Assembly (NCBI GenBank): GCA_938023865.1
Contig: CALJDG010000019.1
Location: forward strand, 852 to 64,851
DNA length: 64,000 bases
Origin: an uncultured archaeon
GTDB lineage: Archaea; Thermoproteota; Bathyarchaeia; Bathyarchaeales; Bathycorpusculaceae
Direction: 5' to 3'
Under the pieces are notes generated by a model. The model saw nothing but the letters and a program-made list of their open reading frames with translations, was not told where the DNA came from and did not search any database. How positions within the stretch are numbered: position 1 is the first letter of the stretch; the number at the start of each line of letters is the position of its first letter. Made by a program: the position numbers and the translations under genes. This document shows, piece by piece, positions 36,980 through 46,531 of the stretch.

Positions 36980-37484
36980 TCAGATCTTTAAGCCTCTTAA
37001 CGCCATCAATCTCTTTTATGAATTCAACCACGCTCTTTGGGACAAGTTCCTCCCAGTTTCCATCTTTCAGTATCCTTTCTCTTATCTCAGTAGCGGAGTA
37101 GACCTTTCGCTTATGAAAGTGTATTGACTTAACCTCGTAGCCGGCCTCTGTGAAAAGCCTTCGTGTTAAGGGTTCATTGGAGTAAACGACGTCAAATCGT
37201 GGAGTGTAGCCTTCGACAGCTGAAACCCAAACCATGTGGATGTGGACGTCTGGAACAGGCACAATCCATATTCGACTCAAATCTATTCCAGCCTCTTCCA
37301 AAGCCCCTCGAATCATTACAAGCCTTTCACCGGTCGTGAAAGGATTATCGATGCGGTGACTGTACTGTGCGCTGCCAACAACGATGACAAGCTCGTCAAC
37401 TTCCTTTAGAATGTCTTCTACAACGCTAAGGTGCCCTTTGTGAAAAGGCTGAAACCTTCCAACAAAAAGACCACGTCTAACCAT
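36960..37484 (-). CDS. nadM: nicotinamide-nucleotide adenylyltransferase (archaeal NMNAT)
   Basis: RGLFVGRFQPFHKGHL (H-x-G-H nucleotidyltransferase motif) and ISATEIR-like SATEIR. Length is 174 aa. Confidence 0.9.
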   Translation of the reverse strand: MVRRGLFVGRFQPFHKGHLSVVEDILKEVDELVIVVGSAQYSHRIDNPFTTGERLVMIRGALEEAGIDLSRIWIVPVPDVHIHMVWVSAVEGYTPRFDVVYSNEPLTRRLFTEAGYEVKSIHFHKRKVYSATEIRERILKDGNWEELVPKSVVEFIKEIDGVKRLKDLIKSDKV

Positions 37485-37533
37485 GAAACCACTCTTTCAA
37501 CTAGATTAGTCATTCGGCTTTTATTATTTACGT

Positions 37534-38172
37534 TTAAAACTTTACCGATTTCTTTGAAGCTTTTTCTATGACAAGTTCAACCGGAAAAATTTTCAGCTTT
37601 CTCCCGTTTATGGGCATCTCCCGCTCTACGCTGTAGCCTCTTATTTCGCGGCTCAATATCCTCAGCTTGAGTTGCAAACCTCCGCCATACCCGCCTAACG
37701 AGAAGTCTGAAGCAATAATTCTATGGCATGGAATGAGCAGCGGAAATGGATTTAAAGCCATAGTCCGTCCAACAGCCCTCGGGCTTCCGCCAACAGCCTT
37801 TGCAACTGCTCCATAAGAGGTCGCATAGCCTACTGGAATCTGAGTTACAGCTTTTAAGACTTTTTGCATATAGTTGGACAAAGATTCCATGTATAATGAA
37901 AACTTACCGTTCATGTTCTTGCCATGGTAAATGTCCCTTAACGTAGCGATTACTCGTACGGCGAAAAATGTGCCCTCTTTAGAATATTGAAAGGGAACAT
38001 TAAATGGGATGCTTTCCAACAAACTGCGCAGAACCAGTTCTCGGTTTGGCGCAAAGGCCGTAGCAAAAACGCTTTTCTTATTGCATGCTACGCCAAACCA
38101 AACGTCATCCCCATTCTTTCTTATGTGAAGTGTGATCATTTTGTTTCCTCTTAAAAGCGTTATAAGTTGCAA
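37534..38172 (-). CDS. ogt: methylated-DNA-protein-cysteine methyltransferase
   Basis: Active-site IPCHRII, followed by GGYGGGLQLK. It has an N-terminal non-catalytic domain. Confidence 0.8.
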   Translation of the reverse strand: MQLITLLRGNKMITLHIRKNGDDVWFGVACNKKSVFATAFAPNRELVLRSLLESIPFNVPFQYSKEGTFFAVRVIATLRDIYHGKNMNGKFSLYMESLSNYMQKVLKAVTQIPVGYATSYGAVAKAVGGSPRAVGRTMALNPFPLLIPCHRIIASDFSLGGYGGGLQLKLRILSREIRGYSVEREMPINGRKLKIFPVELVIEKASKKSVKF

Positions 38173-38201
38173 TTATTTTAGGTCTTTGGGGGGAATCAGG
38201 T

Positions 38202-38794
38202 TTGGAGGATATTGAAAGGAAAATCTTATATTTTTAAATATTGCAGCGAGCTGAACACGAAAAAAGTTTTAAAGACCGCCAAGGAGCGGGGCTTAGAAAC
38301 GAATATTAATAAAGTTATGCTTGCCTCTGAGACTTAAAGAAGCGCGATAAAGGCCCTTGACATATTTAATAGGGTAAATGTCCAAATAATTGTTGTAACA
38401 GATTATCCGACTGAAACATGGGGCCCTAAAGGAAACATGCCTATAGGATTAAAGTGCAGGGAGTATGCCGGAAACCTGAAAAAACTTGTGGAAACGGTGT
38501 AAATTTGTTCAAGGAACGAGACCCTTTGCTCCGCCATCGCGCTCTATATTTTGGGAGCATCCACGCCCGAAGGAATAATTGATAAAAACTCTCAAAATTT
38601 TTGGCACGACACAAAAATAGCTATAGAAGCGGCGATTATGGCGACAGATGCCGGAGAAGTGGAGGAAGACGAAGAGGTTATATCATGTGCAGGCACATAC
38701 AAAGGTTTGGACAGCGCTTGTCGTTAAGACAGCTCGCGCCATAAACTTCTTCAAAAATTTCGAAGTTAGACAGGTTATAGCTAAACCATTGTGA
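38202..38794 (+). pseudogene. decayed gene for a pyruvate-kinase C-terminal (alpha/beta) domain-like protein
   Basis: Stitching frames gives ...KILYF/KYCSELNTKKVLKTAKERGLETNINKVMLASET*RSAIKALDIFNRVNVQIIVVTDYPTETWGPKGNMPIGLKCREYAGNLKKLVE.. /KFVQGTRPFAPPSRSIFWEHPRP/EGIID/KTLKIFGTTQK/IAIEAAIMATDAGEVEEDEEVISCAGTYKGLDSA/KTARAINFFKNFEVRQVIAKPL*. It contains an in-frame TAA at 38335-38337 and several frame changes. No frame in this interval made the >=60-codon ORF track. Confidence 0.6.
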
Positions 38795-38923
38795 TGTGTT
38801 AAAAAACTTCCCGAGTTTAAATATGAAAATTGGAAGGGAGACTTGTAAGGGTACTATTCACAATTGGGAAGACATTAAGTTTAATAGGTTGCGCTCGCAT
38901 ATCACGTGAAAAGGTGAAACAGC

Positions 38924-39544
38924 GTGGAAAAGGAAGGGCAAGTGCCCCAATATCTATGGGTTCCAGGCGCCACAACCGTAGGCATAGTGTGCACGGATGG
39001 GGTCATCCTCGCCTCTGAAAAACGAGTCTCATACGGATATCTAGTTGTAAGCAGAGGAGGTAGAAAAGTCTTCAAGATAACAAACCATATTGGCGCGGCA
39101 TGCGCCGGGCTGGTTTCAGACATGCAGGTTCTGATCCGCGAAGTGGAAGCCTATGCAAACCTGTACGGTATGGACGTCGGAAGACCAATATCAGTCAGGT
39201 CAGCTGCCAAACTCATGTCAAACCTTCTATTTGCCAATAGGCTGGCGCCGCTCATAACCCAAACAATTGTTGGAGGAATAGACGACGAAGGAGCTTCGCT
39301 TTATGTGTTAGACGTTTTAGGCTCAGTTATACCGGACAAGTTCGCCGTAGTGGGTTCTGGAACCGAAATAGCCATGGGCGTCCTTGAAGAAAGCTACAAG
39401 GAAGGATTAAGCATAGAAGAGGGCAGAGAGCTCGTCATTAGGGCGATCAAATCCGCCATAAGCAGAGATATAATGAGCGGTGACGGTATTGACTTCTTAT
39501 TAATAACAAAGGATGGAACCCGCGAAGAATCAATAAAATTCTAA
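38924..39544 (+). CDS. psmB: proteasome subunit beta
   Basis: A propeptide, then the active-site [18 protein letters not shown]. Length is 206 aa. GTG start. Confidence 0.9.
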   Translation: MEKEGQVPQYLWVPGATTVGIVCTDGVILASEKRVSYGYLVVSRGGRKVFKITNHIGAACAGLVSDMQVLIREVEAYANLYGMDVGRPISVRSAAKLMSNLLFANRLAPLITQTIVGGIDDEGASLYVLDVLGSVIPDKFAVVGSGTEIAMGVLEESYKEGLSIEEGRELVIRAIKSAISRDIMSGDGIDFLLITKDGTREESIKF

Positions 39545-39581
39545 AGGCAAAATTAGCCTATTAAAACCTGGGGATAAACGC

Positions 39582-40208
39582 TTGTCTTTCGATTTAAGTC
39601 TAGATGAAGGTAAAATTCTCGTTGGACTTGCCCGTAGCGCCGTAGAAGAATACCTGAAAACGAAAAAGCGCATACGCGCCTCGGAAGATATGCCAGAAAA
39701 GCTGATGCAACCATGTGGAGTATTCGTTACAATAAACAGTGTCGAAGATGGGGAAAAGGAATTAAGGGGATGTATAGGGCTTCCGTACCCAACAACACCA
39801 CTGGCACAGGCAGTTATAGAATCAGCTATAAGCTCGGCAACCCAGGACCCGAGGTTTTATCCTCTATCACAAAGCGAACTGGAAAAAGTTGTTTTCGAGG
39901 TAAGCGTATTAACTCCACCACAACCCATTGAAGTTGAAAAACCGAGCGAGTATCCATCAAAAATTAAGGTTGGCGTAGACGGGCTTATTGTTGAGAAGGG
40001 AATTTATAAAGGGCTTCTACTTCCGCAGGTTCCAGTAGAATGGGACTGGGATGAAGAAGAGTTCCTGTGCCAATGTTGTGTAAAGGCCGGGCTACCTCCA
40101 GACTGCTGGCTTACGAAAGGTACAAAAGTCTACAAGTTTCAAGCTATAATCTTTGAGGAAGAAAAGCCAAGAGGTGAGATTAGGCGTAAAACCCTTGGCG
40201 GGAAATAG
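39582..40208 (+). CDS. AMMECR1 domain protein
   Basis: CGVFVTI...LRGCIG motif and LLPQVP. Length is 208 aa. TTG start. Confidence 0.85.
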   Translation: MSFDLSLDEGKILVGLARSAVEEYLKTKKRIRASEDMPEKLMQPCGVFVTINSVEDGEKELRGCIGLPYPTTPLAQAVIESAISSATQDPRFYPLSQSELEKVVFEVSVLTPPQPIEVEKPSEYPSKIKVGVDGLIVEKGIYKGLLLPQVPVEWDWDEEEFLCQCCVKAGLPPDCWLTKGTKVYKFQAIIFEEEKPRGEIRRKTLGGK

Positions 40209-40212
40209 ATTC

Positions 40213-41391
40213 ATGCGTGTATACTTGGCTCCATGCGGCATAGGACTTGGACATGTGGGGCGATGTCTACCAATTGCCAAGAAACTTCTTGAACAGAAGG
40301 CGCAAGTAGTATTTTCAACATACAGTGAAGGAATTCCCTATGTTTATCGAGAAAAATTCCCCTTATTTAGGGCGCCTCCGATAGGCTTTCAAGTAAAGCC
40401 GGACGGAACGATAGATTTTAAGCAGACAGCCATAAATCCAGGGCCGTTCCTTGCCTCTTTCACTTTAATGAAGCAGATAGACGCTGAAATGCGTGCTATC
40501 GAGATTTTCAATCCAGACATTGTTGTATCGGATTCTCGTGTTTCTACAATATTTGCTGCAAAGATTCTGGGAAAACCAAGGGTTTGCATTTTAAATCAGT
40601 TTCAACCAATAATACCACGGAGAAAACGCTTCTTAAGGCTAGCAAGAATTGCAGATTCTATAGCTCTTACAATAATTGGGAAAATATGGGCAAGTAGTGA
40701 TGCTATCTTAATACCAGATTTCCTTCAACCCTTCACCGTCTGCGCTGGTAACCTGAATATTCCAAAAGCTTACCATAAAAAGGTTAACCTTATAGGGCCC
40801 ATCTTACCCATCCGCCCAGAAAAATTGCCGGATGAAAATAAAATCCGAAAAAGACTAAATCTACCTCAAAATAAGCCTATCATTTTTGCACCCATCAGCG
40901 GCAGTGTTAAGGAAAAGGCGTTTTTTATTGGAATTTTAAGGAAAATTTTGGTGAGGTTTCCAAAGGATTATGAAATTGTTTTGTCAATGGGCTATCCAAA
41001 CGGGGACACCGCTCCCATGCGTCATGGCAATTTAACAATTTACAAGTGGATTCCAAATCGTTTCGAATACTTGAGGGCTTGCGACTTAGTTATAAGCCGT
41101 GCTGGGCATGGCACAATAACTCAATGCATGTGCTATGGCAAACCGATGATTCTTGTGCCTACACCGAACCATACAGAACAGATAAACAACGCGGTCCAAG
41201 CCAAAAAAATTGGCGTTGCCAAAGTGATTCAGCAAGAAAATTTGAGCTTAAATAGGCTGCTTAAAGTAGTCAAGCAAACCCTCACGGCGGATAACCAGGA
41301 AAAAATTAAGCAAATTCAGGCTGAGGTTTTAAGATATGACGGATTGGATAGTGCTGTCAAAAAAATATTTGAAGTGGCAAATAAAAATTGA
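40213..41391 (+). CDS. glycosyltransferase, MurG/GT28-like (MJ1255-type)
   Basis: N-terminal GIGLGHVGRCLPIAKKL. C-terminal SRAGHGTITQCMCYGKPMILVPTPNHTEQINNA, a nucleotide-sugar binding motif. ATG 40213 lies 4 nt after the AMMECR1 stop; the ORF track extends it to 40153. Confidence 0.75.
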   Translation: MRVYLAPCGIGLGHVGRCLPIAKKLLEQKAQVVFSTYSEGIPYVYREKFPLFRAPPIGFQVKPDGTIDFKQTAINPGPFLASFTLMKQIDAEMRAIEIFNPDIVVSDSRVSTIFAAKILGKPRVCILNQFQPIIPRRKRFLRLARIADSIALTIIGKIWASSDAILIPDFLQPFTVCAGNLNIPKAYHKKVNLIGPILPIRPEKLPDENKIRKRLNLPQNKPIIFAPISGSVKEKAFFIGILRKILVRFPKDYEIVLSMGYPNGDTAPMRHGNLTIYKWIPNRFEYLRACDLVISRAGHGTITQCMCYGKPMILVPTPNHTEQINNAVQAKKIGVAKVIQQENLSLNRLLKVVKQTLTADNQEKIKQIQAEVLRYDGLDSAVKKIFEVANKN

Positions 41392-41444
41392 AATAGACTA
41401 AAAAGTTAAAATGCTTTTTATGTTTTGCACGCGGAGTTGAGAGT

Positions 41445-42320
41445 ATGTTCTTGCCGAGGAAGATTTTGGAGGAAAAACTTAAGCGAATGTTAGCCGAAGA
41501 CATCGGACAGGGAGATGTAACCTCAACCTTAATAGTGCCGGAAGTATGCAACGTTGAAGCAGAAATAATCGCTAAGGAAAGTGGCGTAGTTGCTGGAATC
41601 GAAGAGGTTGAAGTTCTACTTGAAAGCCTAGGCCTAAAATTTGAGATTTTAGCCAAAGACGGAGAAGAAATGGAGCCAAAAAAAGTTTTGATGAAAATTT
41701 ATGGCGACGCCAGAACCATATTAGCTGTTGAGCGAACACTACTAAATGTTATTTCAAGAATGAGCGGCATAACTACAACAACACGGAAACTTGTTGAAAA
41801 AATTAGGAAGGCTGGGTGCAAAACCATAATTGCGTGTACGCGGAAAACGGCGCCGGGTCTCTCGTACTTTGATAAAAAGGCTGTCTTCGTGGGCGGAGGC
41901 GACACCCATAGGCTACACATGGACGATATGGTTCTAATAAAAGATAACCACATAAAAATCGCCGGGGGTGTTGGAAAAGCTGTTCGAACCGCCAAGGAAA
42001 AAGTATCCTTCAGCAAAAAGGTTGAAGTTGAAGTATCTAGTGTTAAGGAGGCGCTGGCGGCGGCGAAAGCCGGTGCAGACATAATAATGCTGGATAATTT
42101 TTCGCCAGATCAAATAGAAAGAGCTATAGAAAAGTTGAAGAAAGCTGGTTTTCTAGGGAAGGTTTTATTGGAGGCAAGCGGGGGAATAACAGCTGAGAAC
42201 ATTTTAACATATGCTTCAACTGGAGTAGACATTATAAGTCTTGGAGAGATAACTGATAGTCCAAAGGCGCTAGACCTAAGCCTAGAGGTCACGAAAATAA
42301 GCACTGGAGTTTATCGTTGA
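41445..42320 (+). CDS. nadC: nicotinate-nucleotide pyrophosphorylase (carboxylating)
   Basis: EDIGQGDVTS, RKTAPGLS, KDNHI, IMLDNF and EASGGI motifs. Confidence 0.9.
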   Translation: MFLPRKILEEKLKRMLAEDIGQGDVTSTLIVPEVCNVEAEIIAKESGVVAGIEEVEVLLESLGLKFEILAKDGEEMEPKKVLMKIYGDARTILAVERTLLNVISRMSGITTTTRKLVEKIRKAGCKTIIACTRKTAPGLSYFDKKAVFVGGGDTHRLHMDDMVLIKDNHIKIAGGVGKAVRTAKEKVSFSKKVEVEVSSVKEALAAAKAGADIIMLDNFSPDQIERAIEKLKKAGFLGKVLLEASGGITAENILTYASTGVDIISLGEITDSPKALDLSLEVTKISTGVYR

Positions 42321-42985
42321 ATAAGTGACAATACTAAGATTATGACGTTCAATGTTGCGTGGGCTGTTGCGCAAACGGTGTAAGAACGCAGCCATTGGTA
42401 AACAAAGCCTAACACAAGCCCTATAAGAAATGCAGCTATTGTATAAACTCCTTGGGGGTCAAAGTGAAGAAGAAGCCCAAAAGCAAAGGCAGATGAGACT
42501 AAAGCTGTCCATTGTGAATACTTTCCACTTATGGCGGTTTGCAAAAAGCCCCTAAAAGCGAATTCTTCACATATTCCTGCTGAGATCAAGGTGGCGACAA
42601 CAAAAATTATTCCGTCAATAGAGCTGGTCATTTCAGCTATTTTTCTACTGCTCTCTTCAACAGCTTTGCTTGGACCAAATAGAGATGTTAGCGCGAACAT
42701 TATGAGAAAATCAAAATAGACGAGAATAGTGCCGACGGCTATGCCTAGTAAAATGTTTCGATGGTTAAGCTTAAACCTAATGTATTTTTTAATGTCTATT
42801 TTCTTTGAAAGCATGTAGCCTATGGGAACAACTGCGATAAGCAGTTCTGCAGTAACCATTGCGATGCCGTAATTTAAACCAGCGATTAATCCCGCCAAAA
42901 AAAGTGAAAGTAAAAGACTCGCAACAACCGCTAATAAAGCTTCGCTGACCGGTATCTGTTGGCTTTCTTTAATTTCACCTATCAT
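42311..42985 (-). CDS. CPBP-family intramembrane glutamic endopeptidase (CAAX protease/Abi family)
   Basis: A polytopic protein with ICEEFAFRGFL (EExxxR motif) and a downstream H-containing helix (ATAHATLN). Confidence 0.75.
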   Translation of the reverse strand: MIGEIKESQQIPVSEALLAVVASLLLSLFLAGLIAGLNYGIAMVTAELLIAVVPIGYMLSKKIDIKKYIRFKLNHRNILLGIAVGTILVYFDFLIMFALTSLFGPSKAVEESSRKIAEMTSSIDGIIFVVATLISAGICEEFAFRGFLQTAISGKYSQWTALVSSAFAFGLLLHFDPQGVYTIAAFLIGLVLGFVYQWLRSYTVCATAHATLNVIILVLSLIQR

Positions 42986-42986
42986 T

Positions 42987-43709
42987 TTAGATCCTTATAG
43001 GGGTTATCTTTAACGTTCGAAATCCCCGAGCAACAGGGTTTAAAATCTCTACAATATTAACCTTTTTTAGGGCTTCTCTGTTGTCGATTGCGTAGCCTCT
43101 TACGTCATGTTCTGCAGCCATCAAAGAGTTGACGTAAACCATATTTTCCTTGAACTTTGCTTGGCATTTAAGCGGCAAGCCGAGCATTAGTGGACTTTTT
43201 TCCGTCACTGCTTTTTCAGAGGCATATATTATGGCGTTGGCTCCAGCAGTTAGCTCCGCCACCCTTACAGGGATACTGTCCTTTCCTATCGCCAAGGTTT
43301 CAATACTGTATTTTTGTATTATTTCGCCAGCAATTTTTCTTAACCTTGGAAGAATTTTTATTAAATTGCTTTTAGCCTTGCTGGAAATTTTAAGGTTTGA
43401 AAATTGTATGGGTGAAAGTTGTTCAAGGGAGATGGCTCCAAGTGATATATCAAGATGCACTACGTCAGCTCCTACCTTTGCGACTAATTGTTTGCATAGT
43501 TCAGCTTCCCGCACTACAACTTCGTGGCTTTCTTCTGCATCTGCGAAAACAGGCTCAGCCAAGCACTCGCTTGGCTCCCTGTAGGGTGGTTTAACCAGAA
43601 CAGCTGCTGTAGCCACTATATACACTGGTTCAAATTTTTCATTTAAAATGGCAGCTGAAGAGTCAGCAGCAATTATATTCAAAGGTTTCACCTTTTTTAT
43701 AATGGACAT
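42987..43709 (-). CDS. hypothetical soluble protein (240 aa)
   Basis: Protein-like alpha/beta composition. It has conserved-looking acidic positions (IIAADSS, VVHLDISLG). No confident family. Its stop lies 1 nt before the CPBP start. Confidence 0.5.
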   Translation of the reverse strand: MSIIKKVKPLNIIAADSSAAILNEKFEPVYIVATAAVLVKPPYREPSECLAEPVFADAEESHEVVVREAELCKQLVAKVGADVVHLDISLGAISLEQLSPIQFSNLKISSKAKSNLIKILPRLRKIAGEIIQKYSIETLAIGKDSIPVRVAELTAGANAIIYASEKAVTEKSPLMLGLPLKCQAKFKENMVYVNSLMAAEHDVRGYAIDNREALKKVNIVEILNPVARGFRTLKITPIRI

Positions 43710-43724
43710 TGAGTAGATTTAGCT

Positions 43725-44342
43725 CTACCGCTCATTATCTTTCAAATGTATTCCTAGAATGAAAATTTCCGAGCTTTTAGCCCTGCTTGCCTTAGGCTTT
43801 ATTATTTTTACATCTTCGAAGTGTTGTTTAGCCATCCTAATGAAGTCGTTTAGCATGTCTCCTTGGAAAACTTTAACAAAAAAGTTTCCACTCGGCTTTA
43901 AGGTTTCCAGGGCTATTTCAAGCGCCTTTTGTGCAAGGTCTATTTGGCGGGCATGGTCAAGTTCCCAAATTCCAGAAATATTCGGAGAGACATCTGAAAT
44001 GATGGCATCTGCTTTTCTAGGCAGCATCTCTAAAATTTGCCTTGTGGTGTCAGGTTCTGTTATGTCACCTATAATTGTTTTAATGTTTCTTTCAGGGAAC
44101 GGTTCAATTGTTTTTACGTCAATTCCTAAAACGAAACCTTTTGGTCCTACAATTTTTCTTGCTGCTTGTGTCCACCCACCAGGAGCAGCACCTAGGTCGA
44201 TAACAACGTCACCAGCTTTAATGAAATGGTATTTTTCTGCGGCTTGGAGGAGCTTATAGGCTGCCCTTGAGCGATATTTCTCTTCTTTTGCTTTTCTGTA
44301 GTAATAATCTTTTTTACGTTGTTGTATCCATGTTTTAGGCAA
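43725..44342 (-). CDS. rlmE: 23S rRNA (uridine-2'-O)-methyltransferase RlmE/FtsJ
   Basis: RSRAAYKLLQ, DLGAAPGGWTQ, DVSPNISG and VKVFQGD motifs. Confidence 0.9.
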   Translation of the reverse strand: MPKTWIQQRKKDYYYRKAKEEKYRSRAAYKLLQAAEKYHFIKAGDVVIDLGAAPGGWTQAARKIVGPKGFVLGIDVKTIEPFPERNIKTIIGDITEPDTTRQILEMLPRKADAIISDVSPNISGIWELDHARQIDLAQKALEIALETLKPSGNFFVKVFQGDMLNDFIRMAKQHFEDVKIIKPKASRAKSSEIFILGIHLKDNER

Positions 44343-44344
44343 AA

Positions 44345-44734
44345 CTAGCTGTCACCTAATATTTTGTACTCTCCTTCAGCCAACCGTATAAGCCAGTCCG
44401 TCAGTTTTTCACAGCCTTGCGGTGTTATTGTGCCCGTTGGTCCACATCTCGACATATCCGGGCACATCATGCATGGACAGTCAGCTATTGAGTCTATCGA
44501 TGCCGGAAGCCTTTTTGGATAAAGCCTATAAGTCCATCTTCCGTTGCGGAGTTCCCTTTCTCGACGTATTAAGCCTTTGCTTTCAAGTTTAAGAGCTATT
44601 CTTGAGCCTTCTCTGCTGCTGGCTCCGAGTTTCCTCCAAAGCTCAGACTGGGGTAAACCCTCATTTCCAGAGCTCATTATTATTTGAAGAGCCTTTTGCT
44701 CCAGATCGTTGTGTTTAGGCATCTCCCTCTCCAT
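44345..44734 (-). CDS. winged-helix protein with C-terminal Cys cluster, candidate TFE-beta / RPC34-like factor
   Basis: wHTH region LPQSELWRKLGASSREGSRIALKLESKGLIRRE. It is followed by CPCMMCPDMSRCGPTGTITPQGC (5 Cys). Its stop lies 2 nt before the rlmE start. The TFE-beta assignment is an inference from architecture. Confidence 0.5.
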   Translation of the reverse strand: MEREMPKHNDLEQKALQIIMSSGNEGLPQSELWRKLGASSREGSRIALKLESKGLIRRERELRNGRWTYRLYPKRLPASIDSIADCPCMMCPDMSRCGPTGTITPQGCEKLTDWLIRLAEGEYKILGDS

Positions 44735-44811
44735 TTCTACGTAAATATATAGGTACTCTCGAATAAATTATTGTTTGTCCGAAGATAAAATAATTTAGGT
44801 GAAAGGGGGGC

Positions 44812-45837
44812 TTGGTGATGCCTACAAGAACAAGAGAGGGTTATTGTCTAGGCATTGAAAGCACGGCAGACGATTTCAGCGTTGGAATAGCTACTTTTAA
44901 AGGGGAAATTTTGGCAAACGTGATAAGCGCCTACATGCTTCCAGAAGGTGGTATACATCCTAGGGAAGCCGCGCAGCACCATGTTGAGGTTGCAAATAAG
45001 GTTCTTGAAGAGGCGTTTCAAAAGGCTGGAATAAAACCTAAAGACTTAAAGGTTGTAGCCTTCTCACAAGGTCCAGGTTTAGGTCCATGTCTTCGAACTG
45101 GCGCTACGGTCGCAAGAGCCTTAGCGTCTTATCTTGGTATTCCTTTGGTTGGTGTCAACCATTGTGTGGCACACATTGAAGTCGGCAAATTAAAAACTGG
45201 TGCTGTTGACCCTGTCACGCTTTATGTTTCTGGCGGGAATACCATAGTGGCGGCTTTTGATTCTGGACGTTATCGGGTTTTTGGCGAAACATTGGACATA
45301 GCTCTTGGAAATTGTCTGGACGTTTTTGCAAGAGAAGCGGGACTAAGGCAAAAGCTTGGTGAACCCTTTGGAGCTGTTGTGGAAAAACTTGCAAAAAATG
45401 GGCAGAAGCTTATTCCCTTGCCATACACGGTAAAAGGTATGGACATGTCCTTTAGTGGCTTACTTACGGCGGCAGTTAACTTGCTGAAGAAAGGTGAGAC
45501 TAAACTGGAAGACTTATGCTATAGTCTACAAGAAACAGCCTTCTCTATGGCAACAGAAGTTACAGAAAGAGCTCTAGCCCATACGGAAAAGAAGGAAGTT
45601 CTGTTAACGGGCGGCGTAGCCGCCAACAAAAGGCTTCAGGAAATGATTAGGTTAATAGCTGAGGAGCATGATGCCAAATTCTGTGTTGTGCCAAGCCAGT
45701 TCGCCATAGATAACGGCGCTATGATAGCTTGGACTGGTGTTTTAGCTTTCGCCCACAGCATGATAACGCCAATTCATAGGAGTTTCGTACGGTTGAGGTG
45801 GCGGCTTGAAGAGGTCGAGGTTCCTTGGATGAAATAA
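44812..45837 (+). CDS. kae1: tRNA N6-adenosine threonylcarbamoyltransferase Kae1
   Basis: CLGIESTADD, GVNHCVAHIE, LYVSGGNT and LTGGVAAN motifs. The likely start is ATG 44818, 7 nt after GGGGGG. Confidence 0.9.
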   Translation: MVMPTRTREGYCLGIESTADDFSVGIATFKGEILANVISAYMLPEGGIHPREAAQHHVEVANKVLEEAFQKAGIKPKDLKVVAFSQGPGLGPCLRTGATVARALASYLGIPLVGVNHCVAHIEVGKLKTGAVDPVTLYVSGGNTIVAAFDSGRYRVFGETLDIALGNCLDVFAREAGLRQKLGEPFGAVVEKLAKNGQKLIPLPYTVKGMDMSFSGLLTAAVNLLKKGETKLEDLCYSLQETAFSMATEVTERALAHTEKKEVLLTGGVAANKRLQEMIRLIAEEHDAKFCVVPSQFAIDNGAMIAWTGVLAFAHSMITPIHRSFVRLRWRLEEVEVPWMK

Positions 45838-46487
45838 GTCACCCAAAGCTAATTAAAAAGGGGGCTGAGGCATGCCTATATCTTGCGGATTGGCATGGCA
45901 GAAAAGTGATAATGAAAGAGCGGCTACCAAAAAAGTATAGAGTTTCAGCCTTGGATGAGCAAATAAGAACCTACAGAACAGTACATGAGCCTCAGCTGAT
46001 GCACGAAGCCAAAAAGGCTGGTGTGCCCACACCGACGATCTATTTAGTTGACGCAAAAAAGGCCACAATCATAATGGAGTTCGTAGAAGGAGAGCAAGTA
46101 AAAAGGTTGTTAGCCAAAGTTTCTCAAAGCCAAAGGCTGGCGTTGTGCCGTAAAATAGGCAAATTTATCGGCAAACTGCATAAAAACGGGATAATTCACG
46201 GCGACTTGACAACGTCTAATATGATTCAAACTCCTGAGGGAAAAATCTTTTTTGTGGATTTTGGTCTTGGCGAGAAATCACTGGAACTTGAAGCAAGAGG
46301 CGTGGATTTGCATCTAATGAAAAGAGCATTACAGAGCACACATTTTCAGGTTGCCGAAAAATGTTTTAACGCTATAATTGAGGGTTACGCGAGCGTTTTA
46401 GATTCGGGCGAAGTGAAAAAGGTTTTAGACAAAATAAGGGAAATAGAGAGAAGAGGGCGCTACGTAGCTGAAAGAAGAGGTGAATAA
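45825..46487 (+). CDS. bud32: Bud32/PRPK atypical kinase (KEOPS subunit)
   Basis: IKKGAEA, VIMKERLPKKYR, HGDLTTSNM and VDFGLG motifs. It overlaps kae1 by 13 nt as a separate gene. Confidence 0.85.
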   Translation: MDEISHPKLIKKGAEACLYLADWHGRKVIMKERLPKKYRVSALDEQIRTYRTVHEPQLMHEAKKAGVPTPTIYLVDAKKATIIMEFVEGEQVKRLLAKVSQSQRLALCRKIGKFIGKLHKNGIIHGDLTTSNMIQTPEGKIFFVDFGLGEKSLELEARGVDLHLMKRALQSTHFQVAEKCFNAIIEGYASVLDSGEVKKVLDKIREIERRGRYVAERRGE

Positions 46488-46531
46488 ACACGATAAAAAC
46501 CGTCTGGTGCATAACATTTTACGTTTCAGAC

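Noticed and set aside
38830-39123. Small ORFs 38830-39018 (+) and 38902-39123 (-) around the psmB start.
   Set aside because: They overlap the well-supported proteasome beta gene and its leader. Their Arg/Gly-rich or Pro/Thr-rich translations show no motif, so they are likely spurious.
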